NCBI GenBank assembly: GCA_964644695.1
Contig: CAZXWN010000002.1
Location: forward strand, 62,001-126,000
DNA: 64,000 nt
DNA from: an uncultured bacterium
GTDB lineage: Bacteria > UBP4 > UBA4092
Direction of reading: 5' to 3'
Part shown: positions 27,620-37,636 of the stretch, one piece after another
Position numbering within the stretch: the first letter of the stretch is position 1
How the letters are laid out: every line of letters begins with the position of its first letter
Notes under the pieces: model-generated
The model's input: only the letters and a program-made list of their open reading frames with translations
Database searches by the model: none
What the model was told of the DNA's origin: nothing
Made by a program: the position numbers and the translations under genes

Positions 27620-30600
27620 TCAAAAGCCTCCACCCTGCACGCATCAATAAACAATAGTAATCCTTTAATTGTTTTATCTGGAAAAACATCTCGAAGAATC
27701 GTCATGTATTGATACATTTGTTTCTGATATTTTTCCTGATGTTCTTCTTCGGACCCGGACTTGAAATCAATAACTGTGACTGTGTTACCTACTACTGTCA
27801 CTCTATCCATCCGGAGTGTTTGTCCATTTTGGCAAGTGAAAGCCTTTTCTCTCCAATTTCGAATGGACTCAGAAAAATGGGGTGTTACCTCCGGGTGTTG
27901 TAGTAATTTAGCGATGGATTGAATGTCTTCAGCAGGGAAGGTTGTTCCTATTTCAATTTCGATTCGATTCTTTAGATCAGACAGTTGGTTCAGAATAGTA
28001 TCCGACACGGAATCTATTAAATAGAATAGACGATGAATCCGGATTCCCCTTTGGATGTTGTCATAGTTGAGTCTGGTTTGGCTGTTTTCTGGGATAAAAG
28101 CTACTTTCTTGATTTGGTAAGACAAGGCCTTCGAGGGTTCTGAAAATGGCGTTTCTTTTACTTCTGGCGGAGCACCAAGGGTGATGGATTCTTCAGGTAA
28201 AACTGAAAATGGGAATTGTCGGGTCTTTCCACTGTTCTGTATCCCTAAAATATACAGTTCATTTCGGGCTCGAGTAAGCCCCACATAAAGAGCGTTTAGT
28301 TTATCAACCCAGGTTTTAATACGAGAAGTCATGTACAGTGTTTCGAGCTTTTCACTGTTATTCATTAAATCTTTGGTGATGTGATAGAGGTGGAAAGCCT
28401 CTCCCCTTTCATCAAGATAACCCATCTCCTGCATATTGGGGCGGCTTTCAAAAATTGGAAGAATCACCACTGGAGATTCAAGACCCTTGGCTTTATGAAT
28501 GGTCATAATGCGGATGGCGTTAATATTTTCTGGGACATCAATATTCCAGTCTGAGTCTTCATTGGTTTCCTCATCTGAAAATGCCAGGAACTCACCCAAA
28601 TCATTGCGGCCTGTGGATTCAAAATTCATGATAACTTCCAGAAGTTTATTTAAAGAAGCATCATCGCCTGAGAATCGTTCCTGCAAATGGAATATTCTAT
28701 ATATCTCACAGACTAAGTCATATAGGGGATAATATCCTGTAATACTGAAGAGCCGATCAAAATACAGTTGCCATATATCTGGGAATCTTTCTCGGAAACG
28801 TTTATAAATAAAACCGGAGTTTTGTTGATTAAATCCAAGTCGTTCTTCTAAAAGGAATTTTTGAATTGTCTGGTGGTTGATTTCGGAATTATTCTCATCC
28901 AGAGTACGACTCATGATAAGTCCATCAATAAATGATGTAAAAGCTAAATCATTTAGAGGTGAATCCAAGAAGCGGAGCAGGTGAATTATCTCACCGGTTA
29001 ATTTACGTCGTCTAATGTCCAGACTTGAAAAGGGAAGAAATGGATATCTTTGTCGGTTAACCCATTCAGAAAGCCTAACAACATCTTTGTTTTGGAATGC
29101 CAGGATAGTAATATCTTTCAGCTGATATCCGCGCTTGATTAAATCTTGGAGAATTTCTGCCAGCCTTGACTCTCCTTCATTGTTGGTTGCGGGTTCTTCG
29201 CCATTTTGAGGAATGTCTTCATCATTCTCTGTGTGAGGACTAATTATTTCATAACTGACATAACCGTGGTTGTCTGGATTCAATGGTTCCTGAACATCTT
29301 TGGTTAGACCTGTCAATTGACCTGCATAGATTAGTTCACCATTTTTCTCCTTATCTAGTAAAGGCAACCTTTCTTTAAATATACTTTGCGTAAAATCAAG
29401 AATCTCTACAGCGGATCTTCTGTTATATTTGAGCTCTTGTATTCGATACTGTTCAGGGCCTGTTAGAGAGGGAAATTGTGGTGTTTCAGAATCCTCCAAG
29501 GCTCGCATGATGGTGTAGTCCGCTTTACGAAAACCATAGATTGCCTGTTTTGTGTCACCCACACAGAATAAACTTCCTTCCTGAGCAAGTGCATTTTCAA
29601 ACAAAGGTTTCATTGCTGCCCATTGTACAGGTGCCGTATCTTGAAACTCATCGAGTAAGTAATGATACACCTGATCTCCCAACCGATAATAGATATCCGG
29701 AACAATCTCTCTGCTGACATAAGATGACAAACCACGTGTTACCTCATCAAGAAATACAACCTGTTCTTGAATTTTTACATGGTCGAATTGACGCACCAGG
29801 TTATTCCAATAAATTTCCAGATAAGGATTAAAATAATACAGAGCATAGCTCTCTCGATATTGAACAACCGTTGCTGCAAATTCATTGAATAGCCATTTTA
29901 ATTTTGTAACGGCTTCTTCTTCGCTTGGAGACTTGGCTTTGTTGACAGGGTTTTTGTAGTGAACATTCTGGCTGAGGAAATGATGTAAATTATTATTTTG
30001 TAGAGGAACGTAAAGGTTTTTTTCCAGTTTAATATTTCCATTTACTTTGGCAAGCCCCTCATCCAAAAGAGCTTTAATTTCTTCCGCCAGTTGTTTCAAT
30101 CGAGCAATATATTTCCCTGAATCAAGTTCTCCGGGTGCCCGCACAATGGACTGTTTGGATTTGCCCTGGAGACGATCCAGATCAATAAGTCTTTCTGTCA
30201 GATTTGCTACTGGATTCCATGGGAAAGTATTCCCACTCATATTCTGAACCATAGTATCTATGGTGTTTGCCATTTTCTGGCCTTCAGGGGTATCTTCTCT
30301 GACCTGCAACAGGTATTGTTCAAGAGCGTAAATTAAGAGTTCTCGCTTGTTTAACTGTATGTTAAATAACGGAGGATATGACAAGTCCAGACAAGATGCA
30401 CTGAATAGAGAAACCATAAAAGTATCAATGGTTTTTACTTGAAGGTCTGAATAGTTATCGAGGATATCTTGAAGAACTATGGAGGCTCTTTGCTTTATTT
30501 TATCCTCATCTAATCCTGTGACTGCATGGAGTGTTTGTAACGTGTCTGGATTCCCCAGGCAGGCATTCTTCAGCCATCCGAGAATACGCTGTTTCATTTC

Positions 30601-30789
30601 TTTCGCTGCGTTATTGGCAAAAGTAAGGGCAACCAGATTAGATAGCTCACGATGACTATTTTCTGGGGATAGTAATAATTGAACAAACCGCAAGGTAAGG
30701 GTATATGTCTTTCCTGAACCCGCAGAAGCTTTTACCAGTGTGAATTGTGGAAACGAATTCTTTTTTATGGGACTGACTACTGGATCCAT
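27616..30789 (-). CDS. addA: AddA-like UvrD-family helicase-nuclease
   Basis: ASAGSGKT, LDEFQDT, VGDTKQAIYGFR, MTIHKAKGLE, YVGLTRA, and C-terminal DRV..IDFKSG. Confidence 0.9.
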   Translation of the reverse strand: MDPVVSPIKKNSFPQFTLVKASAGSGKTYTLTLRFVQLLLSPENSHRELSNLVALTFANNAAKEMKQRILGWLKNACLGNPDTLQTLHAVTGLDEDKIKQRASIVLQDILDNYSDLQVKTIDTFMVSLFSASCLDLSYPPLFNIQLNKRELLIYALEQYLLQVREDTPEGQKMANTIDTMVQNMSGNTFPWNPVANLTERLIDLDRLQGKSKQSIVRAPGELDSGKYIARLKQLAEEIKALLDEGLAKVNGNIKLEKNLYVPLQNNNLHHFLSQNVHYKNPVNKAKSPSEEEAVTKLKWLFNEFAATVVQYRESYALYYFNPYLEIYWNNLVRQFDHVKIQEQVVFLDEVTRGLSSYVSREIVPDIYYRLGDQVYHYLLDEFQDTAPVQWAAMKPLFENALAQEGSLFCVGDTKQAIYGFRKADYTIMRALEDSETPQFPSLTGPEQYRIQELKYNRRSAVEILDFTQSIFKERLPLLDKEKNGELIYAGQLTGLTKDVQEPLNPDNHGYVSYEIISPHTENDEDIPQNGEEPATNNEGESRLAEILQDLIKRGYQLKDITILAFQNKDVVRLSEWVNRQRYPFLPFSSLDIRRRKLTGEIIHLLRFLDSPLNDLAFTSFIDGLIMSRTLDENNSEINHQTIQKFLLEERLGFNQQNSGFIYKRFRERFPDIWQLYFDRLFSITGYYPLYDLVCEIYRIFHLQERFSGDDASLNKLLEVIMNFESTGRNDLGEFLAFSDEETNEDSDWNIDVPENINAIRIMTIHKAKGLESPVVILPIFESRPNMQEMGYLDERGEAFHLYHITKDLMNNSEKLETLYMTSRIKTWVDKLNALYVGLTRARNELYILGIQNSGKTRQFPFSVLPEESITLGAPPEVKETPFSEPSKALSYQIKKVAFIPENSQTRLNYDNIQRGIRIHRLFYLIDSVSDTILNQLSDLKNRIEIEIGTTFPAEDIQSIAKLLQHPEVTPHFSESIRNWREKAFTCQNGQTLRMDRVTVVGNTVTVIDFKSGSEEEHQEKYQKQMYQYMTILRDVFPDKTIKGLLLFIDACRVEAFE

Positions 30790-30902
30790 ACCTGAGTCCC
30801 CCTTTAACGCAGCATATTTTATTCAGCATTATAACTGGAATCCATGCTGATATGAGATATCATAGCGCTACAAGATGACAGAATAGGTCATCTGACCTAT
30901 GA

Positions 30903-30944
30903 AAATAAGAATGCCCTTTCAGTATTTGCTGAAAGGGCATTTTA
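30903..30944. terminator. Intrinsic terminator hairpin downstream of the GHL10 gene
   Basis: AATGCCCTTTCAG-TATTTG-CTGAAAGGGCATT 13-bp stem with A/T-rich flanks. Confidence 0.75.
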
Positions 30945-30963
30945 TTTGTCATTTAAAAATCGC

Positions 30964-32778
30964 TTAGGGATTTTTGACGAGTCTAACCCCATCCGCAATC
31001 AGATAGCCTTGAGGGGAATCCGCAGTCAGCTCAATATATGACGCCATTCCCTGAGGAAATTCGAAAGTACCCAGCGAAACCCATTTGCCACCTCCGGATC
31101 GTTGGTCAATCTTTACAGTATCTGTTTTGTCTGGTCGGACCACTTTATAGCTTGCAGCTTCAGGCCGTCTGGTATCCGATGTGTAAGATACATAAACCTG
31201 ATATTTACCAGCCAGTGAGATATATGGGGTCCACCTCACAAAGTCCTTTGATACACCCGGTTCATGGACGAGATAGTTATTTCCAAGATAACCGGGATTA
31301 CTGACAGATATTCGCCAATACCCGGAAATCTTACAGTTTGAATCACTGTTATCAACGACGAAATCCTCCGCGGTATTGGTTGGCATTCGGATAGTGTTGT
31401 TTTCATTAGCTTCTGGAATCAGGTTGATATTGATGTCATCCAGGGGAGGATTTCTGTTGGATAATCTAGTCAGATTCCAATACTCATATCCCTCCAAGTG
31501 GCATAAATCAAATATGGCAGTTCCATCCGTTTTAGTTTTTACCATTTCCAACGCTTTCAGGAATTGTCGAGGTTGATTTATGTAATCAGCCCCATACAGG
31601 GTTCCATAAACCGGACAAGCACCTTTGACAGCTTCTTTTGCTATCTCAGAGGCACCCTCAACGGAGTTGTGCCAGGAGGTATCATTTCGCATTCCAGCTT
31701 CTTTGGGCTCTGAGGATTGGGGCTTTTTCCGAGCAAGTGCCTCCTCTTTTGTTACATCATTGAAGTAGCATCCAGCACAGAAGAAATCCAGAAGCTCAGC
31801 ATAGCCATATTTCCCCCAGCCCTTCGGAGCCCAATCTTTTGGGGGAGAATATTTCTGAGAACCCCAGTTGACACCAACTTCATAATAACTTGGATACCAT
31901 GCACCAGCATAATCCCCAAAAGCCAGTTTCGGGTTCGTATCTTTTACCAGTTTTCTGGCTTTTACCATAAAGTCATAAATCGTTTTGGCCCGGAATAACA
32001 ACCAATCATCATAGAGAGACCCTTTTTTTATGTCCGCTGGTTTTGGGCCCCACTCCATTATTGCACCCGGCCAATTTCTTAAAGCATCTGTTTTCTTTCC
32101 GTTTGCGAGAAGGTATTTAATAAATTCTTTCTTGGAGATGTCAGAGAAATCAGTATATAGAGAGTCATATCTCACCCCATCCAGAATGACACCATCAACA
32201 GCATAGTTTTTAATAACTTCCTCAATAATGGATAATTCATATTTTTGGATGTCGGGGTTTGACGGATTTACCTTAGCTGTTTTACCGGGCACTTCTGTGA
32301 TGGGTTTGATTCCATCTTTTGTCAGAATCTGGGCCTGCCATTCAGGATGATTGGTATAAATAGGCCCCACTTTATAGATATGACGCCCTTCACTGAAGAC
32401 AAAGAAGGCCGCCATTATTTTTAAGTCGCGTTTATGTCCTTCTTCAATGAATATCTTCAACCGATCATGGTTGGGGTCAATTTTCTTCCCACGCCATTCC
32501 AGAAGCCGAGGGGCTATTTTACTGGGATAAATCACCAGTCCTGACCCGGGTTTGACATCCAGAATCACTGTCTTGAAGCCAGAATCTACACATCGGTCAA
32601 GAATGTCTGCAATATCCGGTCGAGTTGCTGTCCTGTCCAGATTAGCGCCTGCATCGACCCATATCAGAGGGGCATATGAAGAATTGGGTTTATCTTTCGT
32701 AAGTGGTTGAGCAATAACCGGAATAAGTAATAGATTTAGCAGAATCGACAGGATGATTGTTAACCGTATTTTATCCAT
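30964..32778 (-). CDS. Secreted glycoside hydrolase-like family 10 (YddW/DUF187-like) with C-terminal golvesin/xanthan-lyase-type CBM-like domain
   Basis: Signal peptide; LDVKP, NP..P..Q, VDGVILDGVRYD; C-terminal VVDNSD...WTP...GKYQVYV...DQR..GGKWVSLGTF...IADGV. Confidence 0.8.
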   Translation of the reverse strand: MDKIRLTIILSILLNLLLIPVIAQPLTKDKPNSSYAPLIWVDAGANLDRTATRPDIADILDRCVDSGFKTVILDVKPGSGLVIYPSKIAPRLLEWRGKKIDPNHDRLKIFIEEGHKRDLKIMAAFFVFSEGRHIYKVGPIYTNHPEWQAQILTKDGIKPITEVPGKTAKVNPSNPDIQKYELSIIEEVIKNYAVDGVILDGVRYDSLYTDFSDISKKEFIKYLLANGKKTDALRNWPGAIMEWGPKPADIKKGSLYDDWLLFRAKTIYDFMVKARKLVKDTNPKLAFGDYAGAWYPSYYEVGVNWGSQKYSPPKDWAPKGWGKYGYAELLDFFCAGCYFNDVTKEEALARKKPQSSEPKEAGMRNDTSWHNSVEGASEIAKEAVKGACPVYGTLYGADYINQPRQFLKALEMVKTKTDGTAIFDLCHLEGYEYWNLTRLSNRNPPLDDININLIPEANENNTIRMPTNTAEDFVVDNSDSNCKISGYWRISVSNPGYLGNNYLVHEPGVSKDFVRWTPYISLAGKYQVYVSYTSDTRRPEAASYKVVRPDKTDTVKIDQRSGGGKWVSLGTFEFPQGMASYIELTADSPQGYLIADGVRLVKNP

Positions 32779-32904
32779 GTTACACCTCACTGAAGATATT
32801 GTTTAGCCTAATCTTAATTAGACCACGATTTACTGTCAATCAGTATCGACCTGTGGTTTATGGGATAATAATTAGATTAATACGAAATGAGGCCTATAAA
32901 CGAT

Positions 32905-34059
32905 ATGAGTGATGTATTAAAGGTATTAACGGTTTTTGGGACACGGCCGGAGGCAATCAAGATGGCCCCGTTATGTTTGGAGTTGGGTCGGGCCACTGGA
33001 ATTGAAAGTCGTGTCTGTGTGACGGCTCAGCACCGTGAAATGCTGGATCAGGTTTTAGATTTGTTCCAGGTAAAACCGGATTTTGATTTAAATATCATGA
33101 AAGTCCGACAATCTCTGACAGGTATTACATGTCGGGTTCTGGAAGGGATGGAAGATATCTTCCGTGATTACCAACCCGATGTTGTTCTGGTTCATGGAGA
33201 TACGACTACAAGTACGGCTTCTGCTTTAGCCGCATTTTATCAACAAATTAAAGTGGGTCATGTGGAAGCTGGGTTACGGACTCGGAATAAATATGCGCCA
33301 TTCCCAGAGGAAATGAATCGGACCTTGACGGGTGATATTGCCGATTTACATTTTTCTCCTACGGCCAGCGCACGGCGGAACCTGCTTCGAGAAGGTGTGG
33401 CAGAAGAATCTATCTATGTTACGGGAAATACGGTTATTGATGCCATGTCCACGACGGTTGCGAAAGATTATACATTCCGAACCGAAGCGTTAAATAACAT
33501 TGATTATAAGAATCGGAAAGTTATTTTAGTGACCGCTCACCGCCGGGAAAACTGGGGTGAAGGACTTGATAATATATGCAAGTCCTTAAGAGATATGGTC
33601 ATTGCCCAACCGGATATCGAGTTGATTTATCTGGTCCATCTGAACCCTCTGGTGGTTGAAACAGCCAATAAATTCCTGAAGGGTGTTGAACGCGTTCATC
33701 TTCTGCCTCCTCTGGATACCCAGGAAACTCATAATTTGATGAGTAAGTGTTACATGGTGATGACGGACTCCGGTGGACTTCAGGAAGAAGCACCTCATTT
33801 AGGTAAACCGGTACTGGTGTTCCGGGATGAGACAGAACGCCCGGAAGCTGTTGAAGCAGGAACAGTAAAACTCGTGGGTACGGACCCTGAGAGAATTAAG
33901 CGTGAAGCGTATCGTCTTTTAACAGACAAGGCCGCCTATACCCAAATGAGCCAGTCAACAAACCCCTATGGTGATGGACAGGCCTCACAGCGTATTGTGC
34001 AGGCATTAATGTACGCTTTCAAACGGACCAGTGTTCGTCCTGAGGATTTCCAGGGATAA
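32905..34059 (+). CDS. wecB: UDP-N-acetylglucosamine 2-epimerase (non-hydrolysing)
   Basis: FGTRPEAIKMAP, HGDT, HVEAGLR, HRREN, TDSGGLQEEA and NPYGDG. Confidence 0.97.
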   Translation: MSDVLKVLTVFGTRPEAIKMAPLCLELGRATGIESRVCVTAQHREMLDQVLDLFQVKPDFDLNIMKVRQSLTGITCRVLEGMEDIFRDYQPDVVLVHGDTTTSTASALAAFYQQIKVGHVEAGLRTRNKYAPFPEEMNRTLTGDIADLHFSPTASARRNLLREGVAEESIYVTGNTVIDAMSTTVAKDYTFRTEALNNIDYKNRKVILVTAHRRENWGEGLDNICKSLRDMVIAQPDIELIYLVHLNPLVVETANKFLKGVERVHLLPPLDTQETHNLMSKCYMVMTDSGGLQEEAPHLGKPVLVFRDETERPEAVEAGTVKLVGTDPERIKREAYRLLTDKAAYTQMSQSTNPYGDGQASQRIVQALMYAFKRTSVRPEDFQG

Positions 34060-34085
34060 CAGGTTTATAAAATAAGTGATGACAG

Positions 34086-34122
34086 TAAACACCGGATGAA
34101 TAAATCCGGTGTTTATTTTTTT
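34086..34122 (+). terminator. Intrinsic terminator after wecB
   Basis: TAAACACCGGAT-GAATAA-ATCCGGTGTTTA followed by a T tract. Confidence 0.85.
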
Positions 34123-34191
34123 ATCCGCCGGATTACATAAGTTGAAACGAAGGGGGAAGGCTGTTTTGGATTATAATGAGTGTCAGCGAGA

Positions 34192-34236
34192 CGGATTATT
34201 TACGGACTTGTTCGGAGCTGCTCCGTAGATGCTTCG
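34192..34236. repeat. 45-bp near-palindromic intergenic element, copy 3
   Basis: CGGATTATTTACGGA-CTTGTTCGGAGCTGC-TCCGTAGATGCTTCG. Confidence 0.85.
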
Positions 34237-34250
34237 TTGATGCCAAACTA

Positions 34251-34279
34251 TTGACAGATGGTATCATCGGGGTTAAATT
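34251..34279 (+). promoter_or_regulatory. Putative sigma70-type promoter for the phosphoesterase-thiL operon
   Basis: TTGACA-17 nt-TAAATT. Confidence 0.55.
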
Positions 34280-34337
34280 GTAAGCGATTATCATGCTGAT
34301 AAATAATGAGCCATGAATCAATAAGGAGTGTCGGATA

Positions 34338-36497
34338 ATGAGATTATCAATCAAGCAGGCTTTAGTCGGATGTCTTTGTCTTTTAGCCAGCACTGTATGG
34401 TCAGTTCCCAATTTTAGCTTCATTCATATGAGCGATAGTCATGCTCCCTCATATGTGAGCAAAGGTGTGATTCAAACTGTTTTAGGTATGACGGCCATTG
34501 AATTGACCCCCTACAAGATAACAGCCAATCGGCCGGCATTTATTATCCACAGTGGAGATATGTGCGAATTTTCTGAAAATGGCTACGAATCTTATCAGGA
34601 ATTTTTCAAGAATATCCGGATGCCTGTATATGATGTTTTAGGGAATCATGATGATACCTGGTCGTCTTTACGGGATAAGTTCTGGGCGAAATACGGGTCT
34701 CCCTGGTATTCCTTTGATACCTATGAATGCCATTTTATTATGTTGCAGTCCCCGCAAGTTCAAGAAGCTCTTCCTGGCTTCGAGCAAGACCAGATAGACT
34801 GGTTAAAGGCGGACCTTGCCCGAACCTCAAGGACCACGCCTATTTTTGTAACATTACATCATCCTTTACAAACAACCGAATTTGTCAGCCCATATGAACG
34901 ACAGCGGCTCTTAGAATGTTTCCAGGGCTACAATGTGGTTTGTTTCTTTGTCGGACATGGACATACAGCAACCTATCACAATTTTGATGGATTCGATGGT
35001 GTTCAGGGTGGAAGCACTGTCAAGGGCGGTCCTGGCGTTGGATATAACATTGTTACTATTGCTGAGGACTCTATCTATGTTGCCTATCGATTATCCGATG
35101 ATCCTACTGCAACCAAACCCTTATTACAGAAACCTCTGTTTAAGAAAACAACAATACAACCCAAAATTGGTATTCAAGGTGTTTCTGAAACACAACCTAT
35201 CCGGTCTGAAAAATGTAAAGTCACATCAACTCTTCACATGTTTCCAGGGAGTCTCTCTCAGTCTTATGTAGATGTGGATGGTATAGAAAAAGTTGATTTA
35301 AAGAACGCCGGTGCCAGTTTTACAGCGGATTTACCTTTAGACAAACTCGATAATGGACTGCATTATCTGCGGGTGGTGTATGGTGATTCGCGGCAAACTA
35401 TCTATAAAACCCAGACTTTCATTTATGAACGACCCTTAGGCCCCATAGCCAAGTGGAGAACTCGTATCAGTGCCGCCTCTAAATCCAGTCCGGTTATGGA
35501 TACTGACAACATTTATCTGGGTAGTGGAGATGGAACCTTTTATGCTCTTTCGAAACGTACGGGTTCTGTTGTCTGGAAATATAAGGCTGATGCTGAAATA
35601 ATAGGGACCCCATTACTTCAAGATGGGAAAGTCATCTTTGGTTGTGGTGACAGTAATCTGTATTGTCTCGACCAAAAAGAAGGCTTTAAAGTGTGGAGTT
35701 TTAAGGGTGATTCTGCACTTTACAGTTCACCTTCTTACTACGGCGGATTGGTTTTCATTGCCAGCAAGAAGGGCGTTGTTTATGGTGTTAATCTGAGTGA
35801 TGGAAAACAAAAATGGAAAAATACAAATCCTACCTATACCGCAGAAGGTAAGCTGACTGTTCTGAATGGAAAGGTGATTGTTGCGGCCTGGGATTCTTAT
35901 GTGTACGCCATCAATGCCAAAGATGGTAAAACCGCCTGGAGGACTCAAGCGGCTGGCAGCAGTATCCGACCTGCAGCCAAAGCCTATTATAGTGCGGGTG
36001 ACTGCACTCCCGTTGTGACTGAAAGTGGCAGATTATTTGTTGCTGATCGGGATTGGTATCTGTCTGAATTAGATCCTGCGGATGGTGCACTTAGTCGATA
36101 TACGACTAACTGTTTAGCCGTGGCTGCCAGTGAAAAGGGTGATTCCCTGTTAATCCGTACTTATCGGTCCGGTGATGGTAATTTGGAGAAATGGACATTA
36201 AATGGTACTTGTTTATGGACCTCTCCAATAAAATTAAATGCTTCAGATGCACTCCGTTCCGTTCGTTTCCCCATTCCTGCAGTTGAGAAAAATGGAAAGG
36301 TGTATGCTGTTTCCTGTTGGGGTACGCTGTATTGTGTGAATGGAACAGATGGAACAGTTCTCTGGCAATATCAGATTACACCGCAGCTTCCTGTCATTAC
36401 AGTACCGGCGGTGGATGATAATGGGGTGGTTTATGTGACAGCCATGAATGGAACTGTGACGGCTGTAATGCCACCTCCACGAGCATCTCTGCCATAA
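34338..36497 (+). CDS. Secreted calcineurin-like metallophosphoesterase fused to a PQQ/BamB-like beta-propeller
   Basis: Signal peptide; DSH, GD, GNHD, HH and GHGH metal motifs; repeated YA.....G...W blades. Confidence 0.9.
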   Translation: MRLSIKQALVGCLCLLASTVWSVPNFSFIHMSDSHAPSYVSKGVIQTVLGMTAIELTPYKITANRPAFIIHSGDMCEFSENGYESYQEFFKNIRMPVYDVLGNHDDTWSSLRDKFWAKYGSPWYSFDTYECHFIMLQSPQVQEALPGFEQDQIDWLKADLARTSRTTPIFVTLHHPLQTTEFVSPYERQRLLECFQGYNVVCFFVGHGHTATYHNFDGFDGVQGGSTVKGGPGVGYNIVTIAEDSIYVAYRLSDDPTATKPLLQKPLFKKTTIQPKIGIQGVSETQPIRSEKCKVTSTLHMFPGSLSQSYVDVDGIEKVDLKNAGASFTADLPLDKLDNGLHYLRVVYGDSRQTIYKTQTFIYERPLGPIAKWRTRISAASKSSPVMDTDNIYLGSGDGTFYALSKRTGSVVWKYKADAEIIGTPLLQDGKVIFGCGDSNLYCLDQKEGFKVWSFKGDSALYSSPSYYGGLVFIASKKGVVYGVNLSDGKQKWKNTNPTYTAEGKLTVLNGKVIVAAWDSYVYAINAKDGKTAWRTQAAGSSIRPAAKAYYSAGDCTPVVTESGRLFVADRDWYLSELDPADGALSRYTTNCLAVAASEKGDSLLIRTYRSGDGNLEKWTLNGTCLWTSPIKLNASDALRSVRFPIPAVEKNGKVYAVSCWGTLYCVNGTDGTVLWQYQITPQLPVITVPAVDDNGVVYVTAMNGTVTAVMPPPRASLP

Positions 36498-36504
36498 TAG
36501 ATAT

Positions 36505-37533
36505 ATGACCAAACCTATCCATAAAACTGTTAAAGAATTAGGCGAGTTCGGTTTGATCAACCGACTCGCCTCTTTACTTCCTGTTCCTGGCATCCCCGTT
36601 GTAAAGGGCATTGGTGATGATTGTGCCGTCTATGATATGGGCAATCATCGATATGGTGTCGTTACTGCGGATATGTTGGTTGAAGATGTCCATTTCTCCA
36701 GAACCTTTGCTTCTGCTGTAGATATTGGCTGGAGAGCTATGGCTTGTAATCTGTCCGATGTCGCTTCCATGTCTGCTATTCCCCGGATGGCCGTCATTTC
36801 TCTGGGGTTACCGGGTAATACTCCCGTAGAGTGGGTAGAGGACCTTTATCGAGGGATGCAGAAATGTGCGGGGCGAGATGCCTGTGTCATTGTCGGTGGG
36901 GATACCGTAACATCAGAGAAAATCCTCATCAATATTACTGTTTTGGGTGATACAGAGCAGGAACATATCAGTTACCGTGCAGGAGCTAAAGTAGGGCATA
37001 AAATCATCGTTACAGGTGATTTGGGAGCTTCAGGTGCGGGTTTGTGGGTTTTAATGAATCCCAGTGTTTCTGTTCCGTTTGAAACTGACTATATTCGCCT
37101 GCGTCATCTGCGGCCACAACCACGAGTTCAAGCTGGATTGTGGTTTGGACAACAATCGGGACATGGAGCCTTGACCGACTCCAGTGATGGATTGGCGCGT
37201 GATTTACTGAATCTTTCGGAACAAAGTAAAGTCGGATTCAGGATTTATACAGACAAGATTCCCATACATCACCAGACACGGGATGTGTGCCGATTATCAG
37301 GTGTTGAACCTTTGATGATGGCCCTCAACGGCGGAGAAGATTATGAGCTGGTGATGACGACTCCCGGTGATGTGGCAGAACAATGGGCGAGTTTTCTTAC
37401 ACAACAATTTAATATTCCGGCGACTGTCATTGGTGATGTCTATGGCCCTGAATCAGGGATAACCCTTATTTATCCCGATGGCCATGAAGAGCCTTTACAC
37501 ACTGTTGGGTATCAGCATTTTTCTGGAGACAAT
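36505..37533 (+). CDS. thiL: Thiamine-monophosphate kinase (3' end runs into the assembly gap)
   Basis: GEFGLI, GIGDDCA, NLSDVASM, GGDT, DSSDGL, GGEDYEL and GYQHF. Confidence 0.95.
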
Positions 37534-37633
37534 NNNNNNNNNNNNNNNNNNNNNNNNNNNNNNNNNNNNNNNNNNNNNNNNNNNNNNNNNNNNNNNNNNN
37601 NNNNNNNNNNNNNNNNNNNNNNNNNNNNNNNNN
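37534..37633. other. Scaffold gap (100 N)
   Basis: Run of N characters. Confidence 1.
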
Positions 37634-37636
37634 TTT

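Noticed and set aside
24659-30789. Helicase-nuclease pair as a novel antiphage system
   Set aside because: The architecture (active UvrD helicase-nuclease plus inactive helicase-nuclease with four-Cys staple) and housekeeping context match AddAB recombination-repair enzymes.
34196-34423. 75-aa minus-strand ORF running through element copy 3
   Set aside because: It overlaps the phosphoesterase start and promoter and has no motif, and the other element copies show no conserved reading frame.
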